DNA of 64,000 nt from Lama glama (taxonomy: Eukaryota): contig CM052816.1 in the NCBI GenBank assembly GCA_028534125.1, positions 64,358,001 through 64,422,000 of the forward strand, given 5' to 3'. Positions 36,401 through 49,339 of this stretch are shown here, piece by piece; the stretch's first letter is position 1; each line of letters starts with the position of its first letter. A program made the position numbers and the translations under genes. Under the pieces are notes generated by a model that saw nothing but the letters and a program-made list of their open reading frames with translations, did not search any database and was not told the DNA's origin.

Positions 36401-39400
36401 TACTCTGCAGGGTGATCTAACAAATTCCTTCTGAATTATCAGATAATTATCAGATAAGAATGATATGTATTCTTATATTAATTATTCATATGTAAGAGAT
36501 TGCCTGAAGTGCTCCAAGATGTATTTCAAACATTCCCCTTGTAATCTCATTTACATCATTCTTCTGCACTACTTAGTGAGACAGGGTTTGCTAAATGAAG
36601 GAAAATTTCTGCCTGGATCCCAATCAAGTTATTATAAATTCCAAATTAATAGGGTCTAAATAAATAAGAGCTTATTATGGGGCTAAAAGCTGATAATGTT
36701 ATTTGTTTCTGATACCTTTTTTCATTTGCTTCCGCCCCAATTTGTGCATTTTATCTATTGCATTTTTTTTCCTGTTTCCTCATTAGAGAAACGGGGCAAG
36801 AGAGGCATACAAGGAAAGAATTACTTGTATGTGAATAAAATTAATACCTTGTATTATAGAAGGGGTGGAGAGGCATCTTTTTGGTAATTTATCTTAATGT
36901 TTAGTTACAGCAATTTACAGTAATGAAATAACTAATCTTTACTTCTCCTGGGTATGTGTTGTGTTTATCGGTTTATGCTTTACTTACATTTTTTTTATTA
37001 CTCTATTTGTTAAATTATTTAAACTTACAAGGCAACCTCTAACTTATTAATGGTAAGGCAGTCTTCTGAAATGGGAGTCATGCAAATAATTATTTCATTT
37101 TTTATTCGTATTTTTAAGGAGCCGAGATATTTTTGTCACTTACCCTGGGATTTATAGGGTCTAAAAAGCCCGTGATCATTCACCCCTGGGGACAGGTAGC
37201 CCAGTGTGAATTCTAAGGACTGTGAGGACTTATCTCTCTAAAATAAACTTTATATAAAACTCATCTGGGTGGAAATGTGCTTTCCTCATGCTGGATTTCC
37301 TTACGCTTTTGAAAGAGTCCTAAGGGATTAAGATGAGTGAGAGACAGGCCAATAGCATGAAAGGCCCCGTGTCCTTAGAGATATTTCTTCCATGATCAAA
37401 AAATAATGAATTTTTTTGTTTGCCAGGTGCAAGGTGTAAACACTCCTGGATTCCCTCTGTTCTGTTGTTTTCCCTCTAATCTACAAACACACCACAAAGG
37501 CGCCTCTGTTCCTTTCCTCAATCACATTTCTCATTCAGATGTCCTTCCTGCTTGGGTTCTATTTCTTACTTCCATTTGGTTCTTTCCTTTCCTGTATGGG
37601 CTTCTAAGTCTGTTTCTTTTGGGGTTTCTCACATTTTTCTATTTTTGAATTGTGTCTTTCTGTGAGAGTCTCCGTGCCTCTCTCCTTTTTCGTTTTGCTC
37701 CCTGTCTGTTAGGTACCTGGTATTATTCATCATCTTTTGTTTCTATTTATTTCTCTCCTCCTAGCTCTTTTTTCTTATCTCTGGTCCCTTATTTCCTCTC
37801 CTTGATTCTCCTGTTCCCATCTCGATGGCCTTTGACCAAACATCCTCTCCCTACCCTCTGCTTAAAGCCATTGAAGAAATGCTCCCGACTAGAATGGAAC
37901 AGACAGAGGAGAGTAGAATGAGTTTAGAAAGGTGGCCACTGAACCTGGCAGGGCGTGTCTAGTCATGTTAATGACTTCCCCATCCTCTGTCTGTCTCCAC
38001 TGTCTGCCTGTGTCCCAGCCGGGATGCGGCAGCACAAAGGAAGGAAGCAGGAGAAAAGGTGAGGGCTTGGGGCCCGCAGAGACTGCAAAGCTGTTCTTTA
38101 AATACCACCCGGTCAGCGTTCATCTCAGAAACTCTACCAAACAGGACTGTATTCAAAGCACAGAACCACTCAGACCAGCTCCCCAGCCAGCTAGAATCTA
38201 TACTTCGGCATCTAAAACAATCAGAATGTTTCCACTTGACCCTGAATTACCTTAAAACTACCTGTGGGAGGGTGCTAACACCCACCTCCAGAATAAACAT
38301 CTTACTTCTCATGACTTGGCTCTGACCCAGCCCCACCCTTGGCATTTTTTATTTAAAAAATATTTCCAGATATGTTTATAAATAAATCACGCCTCTTAGC
38401 ACTGCCTTGCTGCCACCCAATTGTACAGTGGAGGAAAAATCCGTGACAGTTAGCACTGTGGAAAGTTTGCTTCTCTCTCACCCCTCAGGGAAAGGAAAAA
38501 AAAAAGGAGACGCATAATAAGCATTTAAAAGCCAAATGAACAAGAAGCTCCCAGAAAAACAATTTTACCAGCCCAGCACCAGTAAGACAACCAACTGCAC
38601 AAACAACGTGACTTTCCTTCCTTCCCCTCCCACCACCTGGGGCGCCGACTGAGGGGCATTGTGCACAGTCTGTGGTGGCAGCGACCCAGGAGATGCAGGG
38701 ACCTTGGGAGCCCTGCAGAGGACGGATGGTGACAGGGCTGACTCCATTTTTCCTTGTTCAGGCAGGTGTCAGTTTGTTGATTTTGAAACTGAGTCCCAGA
38801 GAAAATATCTCGCTGTTCAAATTCTTCAAAACAACAACCTGCACTTTTCACATGTTTTCAATTTTGACAAAAGAAGTCTCTTTTTCTTAGGGTGAGGTAA
38901 ATAGGAGAAAATACCCTAAGTTTGTGACACTGTTTGCTAGGATCCTCTCTGAGGTCAGTCCTTGCACCCCTCCTGCCCTGGCCTACTCTTGAGACAGAAG
39001 ATAAAAAAGCCCAGTCTTAAGACAAATGGAAACAAAGGCTCAGGGCTGAGGCCTTTGTCTAACTCTGCACTGACTGACGTCGGGTCTAAGCAGAGGGGCG
39101 TCCTCCGGCAGCCAGCAGTCCTTCTTGGTAAGACAGCTTCAGGCCCGAGGATCTGTCCACTCAACTCAGCCAGCATGTGGGGACCTCTTAGATCAGGGGA
39201 CTCTCTTTAATAACATCTGAAGATATTTTTTTCTTGGCTTCAACACAGAACAAAAGAGTGAGCTGAGAATGGAATCATAAAATAGAATCACACACACACA
39301 GAGTTAGGAATAAATTATAGTCTCACAAATATACCAAGAATTGGTATATGGGACAAAAATTATGTACTGGAGTTCCAATTTTAATGCAAACTTTTCCCTT

Positions 39401-39959
39401 CTAAGGATATTTTAAAATAAAATAAACAAAATACAAAAATAAAACAAGAACAAAAAAACCCTTGGCCAAATAGGGTCTAGTTCCTGGTATTCTTGAGATT
39501 TTCAGGCTCTGTTTTGTTTGTGGTCTCTCATACCCCTGATTCCCGTCTCTGTGGTTGGCATTAGAAGCATCACTGCCTGGTCTCAGGGCTTTCGTCCCCC
39601 TTGGGGAGCCCTATCACTGTCTTGTCTCCGTTTGCTAAGAGGTTGGGCTTTAAACAGCCGTGTGCACAGAGCCAAGCCTTGGCCAGAGCTGGGACGCTGT
39701 GCTCCCTGCCAGTCTGGGCTGGGCTCTGGACCTCTCCTCCCTGCCCCACCACAGAGGGAGGGGTTTCCTGGCTCTCTGCATCCCACAGGAAGAGAACTAC
39801 CTCCAGGCCAAGTGTTCCCAGAAAAACCCACCACCACAATAGAGAAGCCGTGAACTCCTCTTACTCATTTTGTCACACAAACATCCCATGCTGGAATAGG
39901 CTGCGGTTTTGCTCTTACTCCATTTTCTGACTGTTGTTAAGGACATGTGACTAATACTA

Positions 39960-40410
39960 GATGAATTAATTTTTTAGGGCAGCCATAACAAAGTATCACA
40001 AACTGGGTGGATATCTATTTAATAAGTTGAAACTTTTTGTCACACAGTTCTGGAGGCCAGAAGTCCAAAATGGAACTATTGGCAGGGCCATGCTCCCTCT
40101 GAAGGTGCTGGGGAGGGATCTGTTTCAGGCCTCTCCTAGCTTCTGGTATCCTCAGGCAGCTCACCAGTCCTGTCCTCTCATGGTGTTCTCCCTGCGTCTA
40201 CATCTCCTTCCCTCTGTGTGTGTGTCTCTGTCTCCAAATTTCCCCATCTTATAAGGACACAAGGCGTATTGGATTAGGGCCCACCCTAACTGGCCTCATT
40301 TTAACTTGGTTAAATCTGCAAAGACCCTATTTGCAAATCAGGTCACATTCTGAGGTTTGGGGGTTAGGACTTTAGCATATCTATTTTGGGGGAGAGAACT
40401 CGGACAATAT
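39960..40410 (-). mobile_element. MLT1C-like MaLR solo LTR
   Basis: tagggcagccataacaaagtatcacaaactgggtgg...cacagttctggaggccagaagtccaaaat...ttataaggacac...ggattagggcccaccctaa...ggtcacattctgagg. Confidence 0.9.
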
Positions 40411-40588
40411 TAGTAGTCTACCTTGTCGTTTAAATATTTTCCCAACTTACAAGAAAGACTCTCTCTTATTTTGTGGGTCAGCCTGTGGAATGTTCTGTAA
40501 CTAGAGTAATAACGAGATTCAAACAAATGGCAAAGAGCTCCTAGGTAGGTTAAATAGTAGCCTTGGCTTTAGAAATTTCTGCTTGGCC

Positions 40589-40628
40589 GCTTCCCCTTAT
40601 ATGGGCCTGCTCAGTCTCCTCTTCCGGT
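40589..40628. promoter_or_regulatory. Candidate serum response element (CArG + ETS)
   Basis: CCTTATATGG at 40595-40604. ETS cores gcttcc at 40589-40594 and cttccgg at 40621-40627. Motif only. Confidence 0.4.
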
Positions 40629-41919
40629 TTCCCTGAATGAAGTGGGAATCTGATTTGTACTTTCAACTGAGGCTTCTCTTTTCTAAGCTCTCCTCCAGCA
40701 CTGGGACACATCTGAGCTGCCTTTCGCATTGCAGCAACAGCTCTCACTAGTAACAACAACAAAAAAGTATCCTCATTAGTGATGGAGGGGTCGGAAGTGC
40801 TGGGAAATGTGTCAACACAGGTATCATTGGTTGCCCAATAGCAATTCACACCCATTTGTACAGTTGTGATATAAGACTGAAAGCGACATTTTAGTGTTTT
40901 GAGATTCTGAGATGAAAAGTAATTGAAAAAAGTCAATTGTTGGGATTGGATTGTCATAGCATTTTCTTAATAAAATCAGAGCATATTTGGGTTAATAAAC
41001 ATCCTGGGTTCTCCTCATTTTCTAGGCTATAATCATAACAAACCCACGATACAAGTCTTATCCTCCAGGGCTTACACATTGATATGGTTAATCACCTTTC
41101 ATTTCCATAGCTCTCCTGCCCCACCAGATTCTCATACCAGCCTCAAAAGATAGCGCACCCGATAGTATGAGTGGGTGAGAAAAATGACGAGGTTCAAATT
41201 GTGTGGGGAACCGCCTCCCCAGATGGTCTCTGGGGACACCTCAGCTGGCTACCAGCTCCTTATATAAATCAGAGGCTCACTAAAACATGCTGATTTTATT
41301 TACAGGTTGGGTTAGTTTTCAGCGTCTTGTTTGAATGTTCTTTTTTTGATTTTTATTTTCCAGTTTTTCTAGTTGGGTAAGGCTTGGGTAGATAGTTGGA
41401 TCAGAGGAGAGATTTCTCACCTACTACAAAGGCTTCCCTGGATGGTGGGATTTAAAAGGGAAATAGGTGAGAGTAAGCTTAGAACAGCCAGGTGAGAGAC
41501 AGAGTCAAACCCTTGTTTTTGCATAGAGCAAAGAGTGTTTCATGCAAAAGGGAGGGGAAGGACTGGATATCCTTTCTTTTTTTAACTTTTCCTCCCAGTT
41601 GGAAGAATTTATATCTTTCTTTCACCAGCACTGTACAAATTAAACAGTACAGAGAAAGTGAAGGTGTCTGCAGGCTCGCCACCTCTGCACTCTGCTGGGG
41701 GGTGGCCACAATGAAGACCGTTCAGGGTATTTCCTTCCAGACTGTTTAACACAAACACTACATGTAGGTCTACATCTATATCTATAAATAAAACCATTAA
41801 CAGAGCCACTCCATTCTGATCATTCTGCACCTGCTCTTTTTCCTCTTATATTTCCCTTACTTTTCCATGTCAAACCATGAAGATGTAACCTATTCTTTTT
41901 TTGAAGGCCACAGTTCAAG

Positions 41920-42640
41920 TTTTAAAATAAAGCAATTCTTGCACAGATTCAAACATATAGAAAACTATAAAGTGAAGAGTCAAAGTCTTCCATCCTTTAC
42001 TCCTGTGCTTTTCTCCAAAAGTAACCACTATAGCTGCTGTCACAGTTTCCCACGTAGCCTTCCAGAAAATATAATTATTAATATTTCCATATATGTACCT
42101 ACAGAAAACTTTTATTCTCTCTGTACCTTGTGTTGTTCATGTAATACATGTTGATTAAAGAGTCAGTATATATAGATATACCTCATTCTTTTTAACAGGT
42201 ATGTAGTATCCATTGTATGAATACACCATTATTTAATTAATTGGTTCTCTATTAATGGATATTTAAGTTGTTTTAAAAATTTGTACTAAAAAATAGCACT
42301 AGAATAAATATGCTCATACATACATCTCTCATACAGAATAAAACATCCGCGCTTGTTTCTCCACACTCTCTCTCATTAGCCCTGGGCATTAGCACTTTAT
42401 TGATTTATCTTTTTACAAACACTGTTGCTAATTTGATTGGTAATATCTTGCTTTAACTTTCATTTTTTTTTTTACATTTTTATTGATTTATAATCATTTT
42501 ACAGTGTTGTGTGCTTTAACTTTCATTTTGCGCATAATGGAATCTAACCCTATTTTATATGTCTTGTTGCCCTGAATTGCCTGTTCAAGACTTTTGCCTG
42601 GGTGTTTGTTGGAATATTTATCTTTTTCTTACTGATTTAT
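41920..42640 (-). mobile_element. Ancient L1M (L1ME-like) 3' fragment
   Basis: tacctcattctttttaacaggtatgtagtatccattgtatgaatacacc...aatggatatttaagttgtttt. Confidence 0.7.
42467..42511 (-). mobile_element. Ultra-short (45 bp) young L1 3' tip with 18-bp TSD
   Basis: tttttttacattttttattgatttataatcattttacagtgttgtg, flanked by tgctttaactttcatttt at 42449-42466 and 42512-42529. Confidence 0.9.
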
Positions 42641-43399
42641 AACAGGAGAATTGTATTCTCATATGAAAATATGCTTACAGACCCCCAGTGATGGCTCTAA
42701 GAAGATTTAAAGCAATTAAGCTTTACATATTCATTATTCTCTAATAATATCAGCAGAGACCAAGCTAAAGTTTATATCTGCTAAAGCAAAAAAAATTTTT
42801 TTTCCTAATAAAATGTAAATCATATGAAAAAAGAGAAGACAGGAAGAAAGAACAGCTTGTTTTCCAGTGTCTCTTGCCATCTGAGGAGCACTTTTAAGGA
42901 GACAGTGAACATGCTAAGGAAATCATTCTTATCTATTTAATACTCATTCCTCATAAGCAACTCTTTGCTATCCTGTCTTAAGAAACACAAGTAAAAGTAA
43001 TAAAACAATCTAAGTGATAGACTGGCACTCATTCTGACTGATTCCCCCCAGTCCAAATTACTGAAGTTTTCTTAGAATACTTAAAAGACATGCCCATTTA
43101 CAGAGCCAGTGACATCATAACGATTAGAATTGCACTCATTTTCACTCCCTCACACTTTCCTACTTGGATGAGTGGCTTCCTTGTTTAAATATGGAATTCA
43201 CTGATCATAAAGTGGATTTCATCCAGATATGAAATATGAAAAAAATGAACTCATGGGAAATGACCCTTGAAATGCACACCACCCTGAAGGCTTGAAAGGA
43301 TTTTCTATTCCATCAACTCTAGATGAGCCATAATAGTAAGACATAAAATATTACACAAAGATTAGAAAAATCAAGAGTCGTATACCTCATAGCTCCTCC

Positions 43400-43717
43400 C
43401 CAGTCTTGTTTTCTTAACCTAACTCATTCTTGGTGTTTACAGCCAGTCCACTTGGCCTCCCCACAGGAACCATGCCCCTTGGTTGAGTTAATGGTTCTTT
43501 CTTGGTGCTTCCAGAACACTCTGAATGCCTATCACTCACTGTACAATTTTGAAATGACATGGCATGTGTCTCCTCCCCAATTTGATTGCCAGTTCTGCAG
43601 GTCAAGGGCCACGTGGTGTTCATCTTTGTGTGCCTGCCAGCTCTCACAGTCCCTGGCATTTGATGGGCTCTTAGTAATTATATGTTTTGTTGTGTTATTA
43701 TTAATATGTTGAATGAT
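43400..43717 (+). mobile_element. L2 3' end
   Basis: tgtgtctcctcccc...ccagttctgcaggtcaagggccac...ttcatctttgtg...cacagtccctggcat...atatgttgaatga. Confidence 0.7.
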
Positions 43718-43751
43718 GTGGAGAATAGTTTGCTGCCCAGCTTTGTTCACC

Positions 43752-44240
43752 TGTGGCAAACACAGCTAATAGCCCACCTAACAGCCATCACTGCCCCTTC
43801 CCCCTTTATACTTGCTGGAGGAGACAATTTTATTTGAAGTTTTACTCTCCACAAAGCAATATACAGTACAGGCTCAGGAAGTGACTCCTTTTGCCTGGCT
43901 GGGGTGAGAGCATGAATGGTGACTGGTCCTGTCAATCTTTGCAGTCCCATTCCCCTGATTTATGGCCCAATTCCAGCCAATGAGGTCTGAAAGCAAGTCA
44001 TTTGGGAGGTTGGGAAAAGGGCTTTTCTTATGGTATAGAGAGCCTCATGGGAGGAGACCCCCTCTTTTTACTGGTCATTGCTTTACTGCATGGGATACTT
44101 GTTGCCAACATCTTGCAATGGGAAGGGGACACCCCCAACCTGCTAAAGACTGCATAGACATCCTCCATGGTGTGGCTGGGCTGGCATCACCTGCCTGCAG
44201 ACTTCCACTGAGAGATAATCATCCCCTGAATGGATCCTAA
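43752..44240 (+). mobile_element. Old MaLR solo LTR (MLT1K/L-like)
   Basis: tgtggcaaacacagctaatagcccacctaacagccatc...ggcccaattccagccaatgaggtctga...catcttgcaat. Confidence 0.7.
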
Positions 44241-45989
44241 CAGGACATCACCACCCTGAATACAAATGGGGAGAAACCATAGGGGATTTAGGAGCCCTGT
44301 ACTGGGGGGTAGAGAGCCAAAATAAAAAGTTAAAAGGAATCAGGTTTTATCTTATGGTAGAGAAGCTGGGAGCTGTTTTCAAGTTCATGAAGGGTTTTAT
44401 GGATGGGCTATCAAACAATTATTCCCTATGACTTCTGAAGACCTAACTGAAAGAGGAAATTGAATGAAAGCAAGAAAGTTTCTGGCTGGATTTAAGGGAG
44501 AATTTGCCTGTGGGAATGATAAAATCCTGACAAGGGCCACTGAGGATGAGCGTCTGTGCCTTGAGAAAAGGACAAGAATAAAAAACACAAGTCTTTGAGA
44601 AGTTTAGTATTCATCTACCTGAAGCAATGGGAATAACCAAATGACTACTTGAAGTTTGTGATTTTATGCTGATCAAGAGAAGAGAAGCTGCTGAAATTTA
44701 AGCAGATGAGGAATCAGCTACTAACTTCCAAAAGTATCCATTAGGGTGTAAGTTCGATCTCACAAAGCTGGAAATACTTGTTTCAGCACTATCAGGCCAT
44801 AATGTCAGCGTAACAGCCAGTTCATAATTTACGTTGAACACACACTACTTATCAGAGCTTTGTGATTAGTCACATGCCCCGAACGAGGACGTTGCTTGAG
44901 AAATGTAGCCTCAGGGAAGGTGGCTGATTATTTCCGGGGTGTTTATTAGTAAGGCTGATCTTAATCTGAATCCACTTTTCCATGGAAGAATGTAAAAATG
45001 AGTATTGGAATGGTTCAGTTCCCCTGACCATGTCAACACTCTGAGGAACACACAGTATTCAGGTCACCAGGCAGCTGGGTATGGGGCAGCTGGGCTTAGG
45101 GCCACCTATTCCCGAGTCCAAGGCCTGGGTTAAAGGAAAAACTCAAACAAACGATACTGCAACTTGATTTACTAGCTGTGAAATTATGGCATGGATTACA
45201 ATTGACCTGGGACAATTACTACCTCTCCCCTTATAACCAGTTTTATATAAAAGCTATTATTATTAGCAAGACTCTCACATTAACCCCAGAAGCTAATGTA
45301 AATACAATAAAGGCATATTAAAATTGGCTTTAAAAGGTTTGTCCTTGTTGATTTGATTATGTGCACATTACCACCTCATTTTACTGAGATTGCTGCTGGG
45401 GCATTTCTTTTCCTTCCAGACTTGGTTGGACAAATCTTAAAACGCAGATTCTGTGTACTGAAACTCATTCTTTCACAAATCAACAAATACTCTTTCTGTC
45501 ATACTAGGCCTACATCTACTGAGGCTTTTAGGGAAACAGCATGAGCTGACAGACACCCTGGGGGATGGGGGTCCCCATCCAGCCCCCCTTGCTTCTCTTC
45601 CCTTGCACAATTCTCCAACTCCTCTCTTCCCCTTTCATCTTGTTTTTAAGAATCCCATCATACCCTGCCTAACTGTCTGTTGCACAGGGAGGTCCAGGCC
45701 CTCCCTGACCACTGGCTGGGGGAGCCCTGGAAACAGCCTCTGAGTTTTGAAAGAAATTCCCAACTTCACAGGAGGCAGCCTCAGGCCTGGGTGCTGGGAG
45801 GAGCTGTGTGGAACCATGCTGCCCTGCCCTCTCCCCTTCACACCTTCCCTCTCCCACCTGATCTGCTGTGCAGCGGATGGAGGAAAGTCTGCAAGTTTGG
45901 TTGGTGCCAATTAGATTGTGTTGTTTGAATCCTCAATCTTTCCCTTCTGCTCAGGAGGTCAAACAACTCCTTAGACAGGATACTGACAC

Positions 45990-46180
45990 CTTACATCTTG
46001 GCTTTGAAGTCACCCAGACCTGGGTACAAACCCTACTCTGCTATCAAAAACCAGTGTCTTCTGGCAATGTATCTAATCTCTAAGCAACTTGGTTTCCTAT
46101 AAAAAGAGGAATAATAATATAATGATACTTACCCCCAATGTTGTCAGGATTAAGTAATAGTCATTGAAAGAGCACTTATT
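45990..46180 (+). mobile_element. MIR SINE
   Basis: ggctttgaagtcacccagacctgggtacaaaccctactctgcta...taatctctaagcaacttggtttcct. Confidence 0.75.
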
Positions 46181-48004
46181 ATTCAGTGTTATTATAGTGA
46201 AACAAACCCCCTTCTTACAGCAATAAGAGACTTCTAAATACCTGTGCTCAAAATAGAGGTAGCATTTGCTGCTCACACTCAGTCATTTCCTTTAGAAGGA
46301 AACCCCAGTCTTGGCCTACAATTCTGGCAAAACAGCTGCAGAGCTGAAGGACTTCATCCTGGGAGACAGTGGAGGACTACTTCCCTAGAGCCATAGAGGC
46401 TACAGCAACACTGCATGTAGCACCTGCCTTGCTGGGACACAGGGAAGGTTAATGAGATAACATCTGGGCAGAAAGTGCTGAGTGTGCTAAATATTACCAC
46501 GTTGCAATTATGCTGCTACTGGGGCAGGCGTGCCTTTGTCTGGATTATTCAAGAGCAGGAGGCTCTGAGAGAGAAAGTGGCAGGTGAGATGTAATTTAGG
46601 CAAGTCAAACACACCCTACTTCAGGCACACTGTCAGTGATGCTGGGAGCTGCAAACAGGGCAAGGACTTTTGCCTCCACAGTGCTGCAATTAAACTGTTT
46701 AACTTTCTGGGTTTAGAATTCTTTCCTGCCACATCGCTACAGAGCTTCCTAGAGACCACTGACAACACAGCCACAGTGGACCTGCTCATCAGCCTGTGAC
46801 CTGGGGCAGTGCCTCTCTGAGGCTTGGTTTCCTTGCCTGGAAAACAGAAAATAATCCCCATCTATTTCACATGGTCTGAGGCCACAAAGCCCAAGTGCTT
46901 TGAAAATTATAAAGGGATGCATAGTGATGTGAACTATTAGATGCTGCTGTCTGTTCTCTTGTTTCTTATCTGACCATAACCAATCTTAAAAAGTAAAGAT
47001 CTCTGATTCTACTTGCATGTTACCAACGACCCCACATTACAAAGTCGAGTTGAATTTCCACAAGGCTGAATTATGGATCTGGAGCACTAAGAAAAGATGG
47101 CAGTATTGGTTCTTTTTTTAAGGACCAGCTTATCTTTGGCCCAGCGCTTACAGTTTGTGGGTCCACTAAGCCATGCTATTACACAGAAACACTATTAGTT
47201 TTTATACTAATTTTATACAATTGGAATTTTTAAAACACTTCTGCATATATTATCCCATGGTGTCATCTGATGTTGGTTTGTAGGTCTCTGTCTCTCCCAG
47301 CTAAATCTTTTGGGATATCCGTTTGTCTGCTTACTGTTTTTCAGCACTTTGCCTCTGGATGAGGCAGAAGCCTGGGGCTTCAAGGATTCAGGATGTGATC
47401 CCGGGAGTCTTAATGGACATGGCCTTGGTGGCATCAGTCATTAAGGAAATGAAGACATCTCTAAGCTGCCCAGCCTGTCTCATGACCCGGACACAGACAG
47501 TCCTGTACACAGGGACACAAGACTCCCTCCATGACCTGCGGTCACCACATCAGTTTCAGAGAAGGCTCCCATGTTCCCAGAGTCTCGGCTACTGCTTACT
47601 GACAAACCAGCCCCTCAATAATCTTATTGTATGTTTTCAAAATAATTCTCTGTAATGCTCCAAGAATGCCTGAACTTCTGTGTGAACTCGCAACTTTGCA
47701 TATTTTTCAGCTTATCAGTGGGAACTTGGTAGACAAGGCCCAGGACCCTGCCTTTCCACGGGTCTCTCTGGTGGGGTGCAAGGGCTGTCTCTCCTGTTGG
47801 TGACCTCACAGTGCCCTCCTGTCTCCTGATCCCCCTCACACTCACTCCAGCCTCTTTCTCCCTTCGCCCTCTTCACAACCAACTAAGAAAAAAAAATAGC
47901 TTTGCTTCGATTACAGGTTACTCATAAGAGAATGCCACAAGATGCTGGCTCTGAACTTTTGTGAAGCAAGATTCTGGAAAAAGGAGAGAGCAGAGATGGT
48001 GCTG

Positions 48005-48031
48005 CCTTTGATGACCTGTTGACCCTGACCC
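48005..48031 (-). promoter_or_regulatory. TCF/LEF motif overlapping a DR0+DR2 nuclear-receptor triple half-site
   Basis: CCTTTGAT at 48005-48012 and TGACCT-GT-TGACCC-TGACCC at 48012-48031. Motif only. Confidence 0.4.
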
Positions 48032-49339
48032 CATGCCACTGGCAAGGGAGCATTCAGGTTCTGATTTCAGGATGACTGCCCAGGACCCCAGCTCTAATAT
48101 AGCCTGTCATTCATAAATCCCTGAGACATCACAGATCCAGCCAGATGTGATGTGGCTTGGCTTAATCCCTCTGTGGAGATGCAAGGGAGAGTGGGAGTTA
48201 AGCCCTAGTTGCAAATGAGATCTGATATTGAATATTAAGGTTTTAAAAATGCTTTGAATGGACTTATTTGGGAGAATATTCAAGTGCATGGATACATCAG
48301 TTTAGGAGATACTGTTATCTTATTTTGCTAGATGCAGCTAGAATCATCAAGAAAACAAACACCAAATTTCAGAGCTTTCGGACAAAGTGCTTCCCAGTAC
48401 GTCCACCTAGGCTTTTGCTACGTGTAGTGTGGTATATTTTGATCAACACATGCAGTTCTTCTCTGTGGATTTCCAGTTAGAGGTATCTATTCCCTATGAA
48501 AAGACCTCAGAGTTAGGGACCTACAACGAAGACAAGGGACCACAAGTCATTCCCAAATTTTGGCTTACTTTATCCTTTCACTTATATATTTATTCACTTT
48601 CGTTTCAAGAAAACTTTACTTATAACTAACGTACTATGTACAGTCCATTGTATGTATGCTGTAAACAATGAGATGTAGAGAGTTATTCTGGCCATCAAGT
48701 AACAACTGAAAATCACGGTAGGGAAGTGAGAAATTTCACTTTCAACTTAAACACCATTGCAAGAAATTCCATCGCAAGCGCAACCAAGTGACTGCTATAG
48801 AAAATGAGGCCTGGGAACTGAGAAAGACTAGCCGGAGTGGTTAGGCAAAGATCAGAGCTGAGTGGAGCCATGGAGGTTGGAAAGTAAAGAATTTCAACCA
48901 GGTTTCCACATTTCCTTCCCAACAGAAGGCAGAAGGAACTGTGCTCTTTTATCATTACTCCTGACTATCCCCTAAGGGAAGTCCAAGGAGCAGTAAAATG
49001 GCCAGAAGACTGAGACCCAGAGGGAGAAACAGGAGATTCAAGGACACGCAGATCGAGTATCATCACACCCCAAAATGTTAGAACTGACTCTAGCTTGGAA
49101 AGACGAGCTAATAGCTAATACCTTTCAACTATTAGCACCTGCTACAGAGAAGGTCTTCCGTAATTACTAGCTGAACGAATGAATGAATGACCAAGACGAT
49201 CCCCAGAAGAACTTCCCCAGTCCCAACTTTGACTGTCTCTTCCCAGGTGCCCTGGCAGCCTCCTGAAATGGACAAGGCAGAACTTGTCCCCCAAGGCTTT
49301 GTAAATGACAAGATTCTTGTTAAGTGCTGCTTTCCTGAA

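Noticed and set aside
38625..38650. CTCF site
   Set aside because: Only a partial match to the CCASYAGRKGGCRS core in either orientation.
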